The notes under the pieces: generated by a model
The model's input: only the letters and a program-made list of their open reading frames with translations
Databases searched by the model: none
What the model was told of the DNA's origin: nothing
In this document: positions 18,886 through 27,675 of the stretch, in pieces
Layout: each line of letters opens with the position of its first letter
How positions within the stretch are numbered: the stretch's first letter is position 1
Translations under genes and position numbers: made by a program
IMG/VR virus record: IMGVR_UViG_2703718832_000006
Direction: 5' to 3' (one strand)
DNA length: 36,592 nucleotides
Source of the DNA: a virus
Taxonomy: Duplodnaviria > Heunggongvirae > Uroviricota > Caudoviricetes

Positions 18886-19412
18886 CAGATAAGCTCCACT
18901 GTGCAGTGCGGCGCATCCTGCACCCGGCTGATGGCCCAGCGGGCGTCACGCCATAAATCACCGCTTGCTTCCGCCAGTTCCTCGCCTCGCTTCGCACCGG
19001 ATGCCGTGGCGTCATAGTCCTGGTAACGTTCGTTGAGCATGGCGCGTGCCCAGCAGTAAACCGCGTTGAAATAGTGCTGAATGCGCTCGCTTTTGCCGTC
19101 CAGTTGTTCCGCCGGGACTTCTGCCAGCGAGGCATACCCCAGCATCTGCTGGCGTCTGCGAAACTCATACAGCTCTGCGTTGACCTCCGAAATTGCCGAC
19201 AGCGCAACCTGCTTTAAACGCGGCTGCGTCACCGTGCCGTCAGTGCGCATGACACTGCGAAACTCCGACAGGTCCACATCAGGCCAGAACGGCGTATTTC
19301 TGATGATTTCCGCCTGTTCCGGTGCCTGTTCTGGCGCAACAAACTTCATGCTGCTTTCTCCTGAAATAAAGGGCGGTGGACGGGGTTTTGATGTGGCAGT
19401 GCCTTTCGCCAC
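18885..19412 (-). CDS. head completion/stabilisation protein L
   Basis: 175-aa ORF between M and X; P2 gpL position and size. Confidence 0.8.
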   Translation of the reverse strand: MAKGTATSKPRPPPFISGESSMKFVAPEQAPEQAEIIRNTPFWPDVDLSEFRSVMRTDGTVTQPRLKQVALSAISEVNAELYEFRRRQQMLGYASLAEVPAEQLDGKSERIQHYFNAVYCWARAMLNERYQDYDATASGAKRGEELAEASGDLWRDARWAISRVQDAPHCTVELI

Positions 19413-19444
19413 CCCGTGCCGCCCGTGCGCGGGGGCACGTTCTG

Positions 19445-20095
19445 TCAGCGGCTGTCATTGCGCAGTCTGCGCTCCAGCTGCTGTTTGTCTTTTTTCACGC
19501 CACAGCGGGGATCGAGCTGTAACGCATGGTTGAGATGATTAAGGGCGGAAGCCGGGTTGCTTTCACTCAGGACAGCGCCAATCGCTTTATGCAGACGCGC
19601 CCGTGACTGGTCCGGCATATCCAGACCGTCTGTCAGCTCCAGCGTCTGCAGCAACAGATCGGCATCAAAGCCGGTGGCGGCAAGCATTGCGCTCTGCGCT
19701 GCATCTGCCATTTCCTCTGCCAGCACGGTCTGCACGTTGCGGTTACCCAGCGGCATCACCCAGCCATGACGCAGGGCATGACGCCCGATCTCCAGCGCCC
19801 CGGCATAATCTCCGGCATCAATGCGCCACAGCATCACGTACATCAGCACGTCATCCTGTTGAGCGCCTCCGGCAGCCAGGACGCCCTCCGCCCAGGCGGC
19901 ATATTTCGGCAGCAGCTCCACCTTTATTTCCGCTTTTTTCACCGTGGACTGAACGCCCTTGAGACGGCGGCGGTCTTCCGCCAGTTGCAGCAGCATCAGG
20001 TCATAGCCCGACGCGTGGCGAACACTGCCACCCTCGCGAGCGGCCTGTTCAGCCTGAACGCGCAGGCGATGCTGCCGTGCGGGACTCAGGCTCAT
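19445..20095 (-). CDS. terminase small (endonuclease) subunit M
   Basis: 216-aa ORF directly after the capsid gene, P2 gpM position. Confidence 0.82.
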   Translation of the reverse strand: MSLSPARQHRLRVQAEQAAREGGSVRHASGYDLMLLQLAEDRRRLKGVQSTVKKAEIKVELLPKYAAWAEGVLAAGGAQQDDVLMYVMLWRIDAGDYAGALEIGRHALRHGWVMPLGNRNVQTVLAEEMADAAQSAMLAATGFDADLLLQTLELTDGLDMPDQSRARLHKAIGAVLSESNPASALNHLNHALQLDPRCGVKKDKQQLERRLRNDSR

Positions 20096-20098
20096 GAA

Positions 20099-21157
20099 TT
20101 ACGCTCCGGTTTCTGCTGCGGCGGCGCTGAAGTCACCAATCTGGATGTTTTCCACCAGTGCAGCGCAGCGATAGTCCTCAACCACATAGGCTTCGTTAAC
20201 GGATTCAAAATTTTCAATCCGGTCACGTTTCGGGTTGTCGATAACTGAACGGCGGCGGGTATCTTCCTGCCAGTAGATGGACAGGTTATCCAGACGGGTG
20301 ATCAGCAGCGCATTCGGCGGGAAGAACGGCGCACGCACCGCCTGCAGGCCACCCATGCGTTTCTGACTGATGATCATATCGGCAGCCAGTTTTTCACTGT
20401 TTTCCTGCTCTTTGTTGACCAGCGGGAAATACTTGTCAGACAGCAGTTCACGCCCGCAAATCACCACCAGATCGTCATCGTCCTGATAGACAACGTCGAT
20501 AAGCTCATTGACGGCATCCATCACCACGGCGTCCAGGTTGGCATATTCGCCACCTTTACCGACTTTCACCGCACGCGGTGTGGTTTCACCGCCCGTGGTG
20601 CTGCTGCCCATGACGTGATCCGGTGCATCCTCACGGATTTTCTGTAACCAGCCTTTGTTCACATCCTGCAGCAGCGGGTTTTCGCTACGGTTGGAGGTTT
20701 TCGCACGCTTCACGCCGTTAAAGCCGATCATGATGCGGTCCAGTGCCTGACGTTTCACGATGGCGTCACGGATACGCACCTGGAAATCCTGAAACTTCGC
20801 CCACAGGTCCAGCTTCGCGTAGGTCAGTACCGTGTCAAAGTTGGTCTGCTCGCATTTGTATTCCACATCGACCATCAGCGTAGGATCGACAGGTTCACGC
20901 TCTTTCGCGGTGGTGTCAGTGGTTCCGGCAATGGTGCTGCCAACACCCAACCCCAGCAGCTGACCGGACTGCTCAGTCACTGGCGTGACGTTAATCAGCG
21001 TCAGGAAAGCGGCGGACTGCTGGATCTGGTCTTCCAGCGTCTGCTGTACAGACGGCTCCACGGTGAACTTGCTGGACAGTTCTTCAACTGCCACACCGTT
21101 CAGACGCGCCAGCTGCTGCAGGTAAGCGTTAAAAGCAAAGCGGGTATTCTTCTTCAT
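20099..21157 (-). CDS. major capsid protein N
   Basis: 352-aa ORF between the scaffold and terminase small-subunit genes, P2 gpN position. Confidence 0.88.
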   Translation of the reverse strand: MKKNTRFAFNAYLQQLARLNGVAVEELSSKFTVEPSVQQTLEDQIQQSAAFLTLINVTPVTEQSGQLLGLGVGSTIAGTTDTTAKEREPVDPTLMVDVEYKCEQTNFDTVLTYAKLDLWAKFQDFQVRIRDAIVKRQALDRIMIGFNGVKRAKTSNRSENPLLQDVNKGWLQKIREDAPDHVMGSSTTGGETTPRAVKVGKGGEYANLDAVVMDAVNELIDVVYQDDDDLVVICGRELLSDKYFPLVNKEQENSEKLAADMIISQKRMGGLQAVRAPFFPPNALLITRLDNLSIYWQEDTRRRSVIDNPKRDRIENFESVNEAYVVEDYRCAALVENIQIGDFSAAAAETGA

Positions 21158-21173
21158 CGGGTTTTGTGCTCCA

Positions 21174-22007
21174 TCAGCAATTGGTCAGAGTGTCAGCGGG
21201 GGCGTTACCGCCTGTTGCACGCTGGCGGTAGTCCTGGCGGCTGTCTTCATGACTCAGCTTGTCCACCAGTTCGTTAAAGGCGGTTTGCTGTGCCTGCAGG
21301 GCAGTCTCCAGCTCAGACAGGCGTTCTTCCTGCTCAGACAGGGATTTTTCGGTGCGTGCGCTCAGGTTCTGCTGCTCAGTGGCGACCAGCTCCACGGCCT
21401 TATGCACATCAGAGAACCGGGCGTCATCGGACTGCTCTTTTTTGGTAAACAGCGCCGTGACACGGGCAAACAGGGACGGTTTGTCGTCCTGGATTTCTTC
21501 CAGTTCGATCACCGTTTCCTCTGCAGCGGTAAAGAGATTGGCAGGATTCTGCTTGCGGTTTGCCAGTGGGTTATGGGCTGCACTGGCGCTGAATGTCAGC
21601 ATTTCAGTGCCCAGACTGGCAGGGTCATCAGTGGCAGCCAGGCCGACCAGGTAGGCTTTGCCCGTATCAGCGAACTTCGGGCTGACTTCCATAGAGGTGA
21701 ATAATTTCTGGCCTTTTTTCACCAGCTCCACCAGGGACTCCGTTGGCTCAACGTCGGCATACAGCGCCATCTTGCCTGCCAGCGGACCTTCCGTGATTTC
21801 TTCAGCAAACAGCGCCGTCACCTTGCCGTAGCGGTTAAAGGTGCTGTCCGGCAGATAAGACTTGATGTGCTCAAGGTTAATCAGCGCGGTATACACCGCC
21901 GGGTTGTAGCTGGCTGCCATCTGTTCCAGCCATTCACGCTGGATTTCGCGTCCGTCGGTGGTGGCACCTTCCACCCCGATGCGAAAACGCTTTGCTTTCA
22001 CTGTCAT
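21174..22007 (-). CDS. capsid scaffolding protein O
   Basis: 277-aa ORF, divergent from P, with a coiled-coil-like acidic C-terminal half. Confidence 0.85.
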   Translation of the reverse strand: MTVKAKRFRIGVEGATTDGREIQREWLEQMAASYNPAVYTALINLEHIKSYLPDSTFNRYGKVTALFAEEITEGPLAGKMALYADVEPTESLVELVKKGQKLFTSMEVSPKFADTGKAYLVGLAATDDPASLGTEMLTFSASAAHNPLANRKQNPANLFTAAEETVIELEEIQDDKPSLFARVTALFTKKEQSDDARFSDVHKAVELVATEQQNLSARTEKSLSEQEERLSELETALQAQQTAFNELVDKLSHEDSRQDYRQRATGGNAPADTLTNC

Positions 22008-22085
22008 GAGCCGTGCTCCGTTAGAAAAAACTTACTGGAGCCTTATGGTTGCGGTGATGGGGGCAGTGAAACAATGCGCGGTATT

Positions 22086-22103
22086 TGTACCGACAACCAC
22101 ACA
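22086..22103 (-). promoter_or_regulatory. putative Ogr-dependent late promoter element (TGT-N12-ACA) in the O-P intergenic region
   Basis: Exact TGT-N12-ACA dyad (tgt accgacaaccac aca) centred about 87 bp upstream of the O start codon and about 55 bp upstream of the P start codon. Confidence 0.5.
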
Positions 22104-22149
22104 AACCGCAGGCGGGGAAAGCCGTCATTCAAGGCTGTAGGTTTGTGCC

Positions 22150-23916
22150 ATGAACACCACACTGACACCCGCAGATCTCGATCCCCGTCGGCAGGCCATG
22201 CTGCTGTACTTTCAGGGATACCGCGTAGCCCGCATTGCTGAAATGCTGGGCGAGAAAGTTGCAACCGTTCACAGCTGGAAAAAACGCGACAAGTGGGGTG
22301 ACTATGGGCCGCTGGATCAGATGCAGCTCACCACCGCCGCACGCTACTGCCAGCTCATTATGAAGGAGCACAAAGAAGGGAAAGATTTCAAAGAGATTGA
22401 CCTGCTGGCGCGCCAGTCTGAGCGCCACGCGCGGATCGGCAAGTTTAACAATGGCGGCAACGAAGCCGACTTAAACCCTAACGTCACCAACCGCAATAAA
22501 GGCCCACGCCGTCAGCCGGAAAAGAATGTTTTCACCGATGAGCAGATTGAGAAGCTGGAAGAAATCTTCCATTCCTCCATGTTCAACTACCAGCGCCACT
22601 GGTGGGAAGCCGGAAAAACCAACCGCATCCGCAACCTGCTGAAGTCACGCCAGATCGGCGCGACCTTCTATTTTGCCCGTGAAGCCCTGATTGACGCCCT
22701 GCTTACCGGACGTAACCAGATTTTCCTTTCTGCCAGTAAGGCTCAGGCCCACGTCTTTAAACAATACATCATCGACTTCGCCAAAGAAGTCGAGGTGGAG
22801 CTAAAAGGCGATCCGATGGTGCTTCCTAACGGAGCCACGCTTTACTTCCTCGGCACCAATGCCCGCACGGCCCAGAGTTATCACGGCAACCTGTATCTGG
22901 ATGAATATTTCTGGATACCGAAATTCCAGGAGCTGCGCAAAGTGGCTTCCGGGATGGCTATTCACAAAAAATGGCGACAAACCTATTTTTCCACGCCATC
23001 CAGCCTGACCCACAGTGCTTATCCGTTCTGGTCCGGTGCGCTGTTCAACCGTGGACGCAACAAAGCTGACAAGGTGGACATCGACCTGTCCCACAGCAAT
23101 TTGGCCCCCGGCCTGCTGTGCGCAGACGGGCAATACCGCCAGATAGTCACCGTGGAAGATGCGGTGCGCGGCGGCTGTAACCTGTTCGACCTCGACCAGC
23201 TACGCATGGAGTACAGCCCGGACGAATACCAGAACCTGCTGATGTGCGAGTTCGTGGACGATCTCGCGTCCGTGTTCCCGCTCAGCGAACTGCAGGCGTG
23301 CATGGTGGACAGCTGGGAAGTCTGGACCGACTTTCATGCACTGGCCCTGCGCCCGTTTGGCTGGCGCGAAGTGTGGATCGGTTATGACCCGGCAAAAGGT
23401 ACGCAGAACGGCGACAGTGCCGGATGCGTGGTGGTGGCTCCGCCAGCCGTGCCGGGTGGTAAGTTCCGCATTCTTGAGCGTCACCAGTGGCGCGGGATGG
23501 ACTTCCGCGCCCAGGCTGACGCCATCAAAAAACTCACCGAACAGTACAACGTGACCTATATCGGTATCGACTCAACCGGCGTTGGTCACGGGGTTTATGA
23601 GAACGTGAAAGCGTTCTTTCCTGCCGTCCGGGAGTTTGTCTACAACCCCAATGTTAAAAACGCCCTGGTACTCAAGGCCTACGACATTATCAGCCACCGC
23701 CGTCTGGAGTTTGACGCCGGGCACACCGACATTGCGCTGTCATTCATGGCAATCCGTCGCGCCACCACCGCCAGCGGCAACCGCCCGACCTATGAAGCCA
23801 GCCGCAGCGAAGAAGCCAGCCACGCCGATCTGGCCTGGGCAACGATGCACGCACTGTTTAACGAACCGCTGCAGGGTGAATCCGCCAATACCAGCAATAT
23901 TGTGGAGATTTTTTGA
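22150..23916 (+). CDS. terminase large (ATPase) subunit P
   Basis: 588-aa ORF divergent from O; P2 gpP position and size. Confidence 0.9.
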   Translation: MNTTLTPADLDPRRQAMLLYFQGYRVARIAEMLGEKVATVHSWKKRDKWGDYGPLDQMQLTTAARYCQLIMKEHKEGKDFKEIDLLARQSERHARIGKFNNGGNEADLNPNVTNRNKGPRRQPEKNVFTDEQIEKLEEIFHSSMFNYQRHWWEAGKTNRIRNLLKSRQIGATFYFAREALIDALLTGRNQIFLSASKAQAHVFKQYIIDFAKEVEVELKGDPMVLPNGATLYFLGTNARTAQSYHGNLYLDEYFWIPKFQELRKVASGMAIHKKWRQTYFSTPSSLTHSAYPFWSGALFNRGRNKADKVDIDLSHSNLAPGLLCADGQYRQIVTVEDAVRGGCNLFDLDQLRMEYSPDEYQNLLMCEFVDDLASVFPLSELQACMVDSWEVWTDFHALALRPFGWREVWIGYDPAKGTQNGDSAGCVVVAPPAVPGGKFRILERHQWRGMDFRAQADAIKKLTEQYNVTYIGIDSTGVGHGVYENVKAFFPAVREFVYNPNVKNALVLKAYDIISHRRLEFDAGHTDIALSFMAIRRATTASGNRPTYEASRSEEASHADLAWATMHALFNEPLQGESANTSNIVEIF

Positions 23917-24959
23917 TGGGAAAGAGTAAGAAAAACCGCGCTGCGGCGACGAATCAGCTCAAGCATAAAAGCCAGACTTCAGCCGAAGCATTCAGCTTTG
24001 GCGATCCCGTTCCTGTTCTGGACCGCCGTGAACTGCTGGACTATGTGGAATGCGTACAGATGGACCGCTGGTATGAGCCGCCCGTCAGCTTTGACGGACT
24101 GGCACGAACCTTCCGCGCTGCCGTGCATCACAGCTCACCGATTGCAGTAAAATGCAACATTCTGACCAGTACCTACATCCCTCACCCGCTGCTCAGCCAG
24201 CAGGCTTTTTCACGTTTTGTGCAGGACTATCTGGTATTTGGTAACGCCTACCTGGAGAAACGCACGAACCGCTTCGGTGAAGTTATCGCCCTTGAGCCTG
24301 CTCTGGCAAAATATACCCGACGCGGGTTAGACCTGGATACCTACTGGTTTGTGCAATACGGTATGACAACCCAGCCGTATCAGTTCACGAAAGGCAGCAT
24401 TTTTCATCTGATGGAACCGGACATCAACCAGGAGATCTACGGCCTGCCAGGTTATCTTTCTGCCATTCCGTCAGCCCTGCTCAACGAGTCCGCCACGCTG
24501 TTCCGCCGGAAGTATTACATTAACGGCAGTCATGCAGGCTTCATCATGTACATGACCGATGCCGCGCAGAACCAGGAAGATGTGAACAACCTCCGCAATG
24601 CGATGAAAAGCGCCAAAGGTCCGGGCAACTTCCGCAACCTGTTTATGTACTCGCCTAACGGCAAAAAGGACGGGCTTCAGATTATCCCATTGTCAGAAGT
24701 TGCGGCGAAGGATGAGTTTCTGAATATCAAGAACGTGAGCCGTGATGACATGATGGCTGCGCACCGCGTGCCGCCGCAAATGATGGGGATTATGCCTAAT
24801 AATGTTGGAGGGTTTGGGGATGTGGAAAAAGCCGCGAAGGTTTTTGTCAGAAATGAGTTGGTTCCTTTGCAGAAAAGACTAGTTGAGCTAAACACCTGGA
24901 TAAATCAAAATATTGTGTCATTTAATGACTACATCCTTGACCAAGATAAGGGCATTTAA
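23913..24959 (+). CDS. portal (capsid vertex) protein Q
   Basis: 348-aa ORF overlapping the P stop by 4 nt; P2 gpQ position and size. Confidence 0.9.
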   Translation: MMGKSKKNRAAATNQLKHKSQTSAEAFSFGDPVPVLDRRELLDYVECVQMDRWYEPPVSFDGLARTFRAAVHHSSPIAVKCNILTSTYIPHPLLSQQAFSRFVQDYLVFGNAYLEKRTNRFGEVIALEPALAKYTRRGLDLDTYWFVQYGMTTQPYQFTKGSIFHLMEPDINQEIYGLPGYLSAIPSALLNESATLFRRKYYINGSHAGFIMYMTDAAQNQEDVNNLRNAMKSAKGPGNFRNLFMYSPNGKKDGLQIIPLSEVAAKDEFLNIKNVSRDDMMAAHRVPPQMMGIMPNNVGGFGDVEKAAKVFVRNELVPLQKRLVELNTWINQNIVSFNDYILDQDKGI

Positions 24960-25747
24960 TGCCCTTTTTTATCCTCATAAGCAACGTCATCGTATAATTT
25001 TAAGGCACCTAAATCATGTAATTGCTGCTTGAATTCCTTACTTAAACTAAACCCCTGAAGGAGAGAATATTTTTCAATAAATTTCTTGGCAGGCTTTCCT
25101 ACCGATGAAAAACCATTTAATAGCATCGCGCCAGATTCTATAGAAGATATTTGTGCTCTAACTAATTTCGCATACTTGGTTTTTTCTTTCTCAGTCAAAT
25201 AGTTAGAGTCATTGATATGTTTAAAAATATGGTAAATATTCCTGAAATAATGTCCCACATTCGCAAAATTGTCACCTTCCAGATAAACCATATTAACTGA
25301 AAGCTCTAACCTTTCATCCAAAGGAAGTGAATCATCCACAATATTAAGTAGGTTAAACTTCACTTCGGTAATGTATAATGAAAGAGCCTCCCGTCCTACA
25401 TACACTTTTCCATCTGAATACGTTGTTTTAATTTCTGATAAGTTATCTTTATGAAATCTTAGTAACTCAAATAACACAGACTCGAATGACTGAATAGATG
25501 ACTGCCTAGATGTAGAATATAGTGTGAAACAAACAAGCATGATAGAGATAAAGGCCAGAGCAGGATTCAGTACACCACCAATATAATCGCCAAACTGTCC
25601 CCATTTCTCTACGGAATCACTCCATGAATACATTCCAAATTTACAAACATAGCTAACAAACACTATCAGCATTAAAATAAAAGCCAAAAACAACAGTGAA
25701 TAAATAATGGCATAACGCTTAATATTTCGAAGAATGGCACCACACAT
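24956..25747 (-). CDS. membrane protein with two N-terminal transmembrane helices and a roughly 190-aa soluble C-terminal domain (cargo, function unknown)
   Basis: The track ORF 24956..25813 begins with a non-ATG codon and overlaps the upstream gene; the first ATG (Met 23, at 25747) has an AAGG about 10 nt upstream; two hydrophobic helices (AIIYSLLFLAFILMLIVFV and ALAFISIMLVCFTLY); AT-rich codon usage. Confidence 0.55.
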   Translation of the reverse strand: MCGAILRNIKRYAIIYSLLFLAFILMLIVFVSYVCKFGMYSWSDSVEKWGQFGDYIGGVLNPALAFISIMLVCFTLYSTSRQSSIQSFESVLFELLRFHKDNLSEIKTTYSDGKVYVGREALSLYITEVKFNLLNIVDDSLPLDERLELSVNMVYLEGDNFANVGHYFRNIYHIFKHINDSNYLTEKEKTKYAKLVRAQISSIESGAMLLNGFSSVGKPAKKFIEKYSLLQGFSLSKEFKQQLHDLGALKLYDDVAYEDKKGH

Positions 25748-25758
25748 CTCACAATACC

Positions 25759-26136
25759 TTATATATAATCCATATTTAAATCTATTGTATAAATACCTTT
25801 CCTCGCCACACAAGGAATAGATTTCTTTAAAATTCTAACATTTTTAATTTCCCACACATAATAACCTGGAGACCAAGGCTTATTAAGAGTTGTTTCTTGG
25901 TTTTGTTTTAAGTAATCCTCATATGACCAATTTCTAACTGAAACAAAATCGACAATAGCCATAGCCACCCCATGATCTATATCGCTTTGATTTTTAAGAT
26001 ATTTATCATTCTGAACAAGAATGACGTTTTTTAATGGTATCGTTTCAGGATACCACGACCGTATTTCGATAGATTTAGAACCATTTATAATATTTTCTAC
26101 CGCTGGAGTCAAAATCGATATAGCTTGAAACTTCAT
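25759..26136 (-). CDS. ASCH-domain protein (PUA-like fold)
   Basis: 125-aa ORF with the N-terminal GxKxxExR signature of ASCH domains (GSKSIEIR). Confidence 0.6.
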   Translation of the reverse strand: MKFQAISILTPAVENIINGSKSIEIRSWYPETIPLKNVILVQNDKYLKNQSDIDHGVAMAIVDFVSVRNWSYEDYLKQNQETTLNKPWSPGYYVWEIKNVRILKKSIPCVARKGIYTIDLNMDYI

Positions 26137-26201
26137 GCTCTATCCTCTACTATGCTAAGGCTATAACATTCTAACATAAATAAATAAACGGAGGTAATAC
26201 T

Positions 26202-26747
26202 ATGTTAATTTTCATAGCAGGTGTTCATGGTGTAGGCAAAGGTTACTTGTGTTCATTTGCAAAAGATGATTTCGGGGTAACTCATGTAAGCGCAAGCGAA
26301 CTTATAAAAAATAATTCTAATATTAAATTTGATAACAGTAAGTTAACGGCCACACCTGATAAAAACCAATCAATATTACTTACGGCACTTAATGCATTAA
26401 AGTTAAAGGTATCCAATATTTTATTGGATGGTCATTTTACCTTAATAAATAAAAATGGAGATATTGAAGTTCTCAAGCAAGAAGTATTTGAGGAAATGGG
26501 GCTAGATGGAGTAATTTTAGTTGAGGAGTCTCCCGATACAATTAGAGAACGAATAATGAAACGAGATGGGAGTGATATTACTTATGATTTAAATAAGCTG
26601 ATGGAAGCTGAAAGAGAAAACGCAAAATATGTTACAAATAAAATCAATGTACCATTAATTATCTTAGAATCCCCAACAACAAACGATTTATCTATTGCCC
26701 TAGAAAAACTGGGCATGGTTAAGAAACATGCCCAGACAACATTATAA
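26202..26747 (+). CDS. small P-loop NTPase, kinase-like
   Basis: 181-aa ORF with a Walker A-like loop at the N-terminus (IFIAGVHGVGKGYL) and a hydrophobic-strand aspartate (ILLDGHF); GGAGG RBS before the ATG. Confidence 0.65.
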   Translation: MLIFIAGVHGVGKGYLCSFAKDDFGVTHVSASELIKNNSNIKFDNSKLTATPDKNQSILLTALNALKLKVSNILLDGHFTLINKNGDIEVLKQEVFEEMGLDGVILVEESPDTIRERIMKRDGSDITYDLNKLMEAERENAKYVTNKINVPLIILESPTTNDLSIALEKLGMVKKHAQTTL

Positions 26748-27134
26748 ATAACGATAAGACTGTGGGGCGACGCCGCCGGGAATCAACTCATTTAAGTCGA
26801 CAGGGAATTTATATCTTTTAGGGCTTTTGATGGAAATAGCAAAAGCCTTTTCTCTTTGGTGGAAATAATCTTTAAAAAAAGAATGTGTAATTCCTGCATG
26901 AGCTTTCGTTTTATCCCACAATTCTGAAGGGGATAGAGCAAGAATATCTCCTACTTTAAATTCACCTATTACTTTGCCAACCGGCATCGTTGCGTAAATA
27001 ACTATCGTATCAACATTTTTATTTCTAAAAATATTTTTCCGAAACTCATATTTTTTTTTACCAGAAAGTATACTCTCTGCATACTCTGGCTTAATCGATA
27101 ATAAAACTTTCATCAACACCTCCCTGTAAGACAA
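26742..27134 (-). CDS. ASCH-domain protein (PUA-like fold)
   Basis: 130-aa ORF with the ASCH GxKxxExR signature (SGKKKYEFR); the start may be Met 8 (27113); its stop overlaps the convergent kinase stop by 6 nt. Confidence 0.6.
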   Translation of the reverse strand: MSYREVLMKVLLSIKPEYAESILSGKKKYEFRKNIFRNKNVDTIVIYATMPVGKVIGEFKVGDILALSPSELWDKTKAHAGITHSFFKDYFHQREKAFAISIKSPKRYKFPVDLNELIPGGVAPQSYRYL

Positions 27135-27672
27135 TCTGCTTAAATGCTGAATCAGTTAGTGGTAAAAAACCCCAATAATCACTATTGGTATAACCTGTAA
27201 TATTCATGATTTCATCACGAATAACTCTTTTTTCCAAAGGGAAATTATAAGTAAACCGTATAATTATCGGATAATTTTTTTTCATATATAGAAGCTGTAA
27301 CTCATCTTCATCAAAAACGCTATAAGGTTCACAGTAATTCTTAAATTCCTCATAAGTTAAGAAATCGTGAATATCTTTAATTTCCTGAACCACACACACT
27401 GAAGTTGCAACAGATCTAAACCGAGCTGGACCTTGTCCATCTGAAGTACGATAAATAAGCAAATTATCTCCAGGCTTTAGGCTGGCTACCCCATGCATTT
27501 TTGTTAAGTATACTTTTTCAATACTGTTGGTATGTGATATATCAGCGATGATACCAGCACTCTCATTGTGGAGTTTTGACTCAGGGAAAAGACGTGTATG
27601 CCATGCAGGATAAATACTTAATAAATAATTTCTCCCCTGCAATTTGACTAAGGGATAATTAGCATAGCTCAT
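27091..27672 (-). CDS. hypothetical protein (193 aa), middle gene of the GNAT-ASCH operon
   Basis: ORF packed between the GNAT and ASCH genes with a 3-nt gap upstream and an overlap downstream; no motif I can assign with confidence. Confidence 0.5.
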   Translation of the reverse strand: MSYANYPLVKLQGRNYLLSIYPAWHTRLFPESKLHNESAGIIADISHTNSIEKVYLTKMHGVASLKPGDNLLIYRTSDGQGPARFRSVATSVCVVQEIKDIHDFLTYEEFKNYCEPYSVFDEDELQLLYMKKNYPIIIRFTYNFPLEKRVIRDEIMNITGYTNSDYWGFLPLTDSAFKQIVLQGGVDESFIID

Positions 27673-27675
27673 TTT

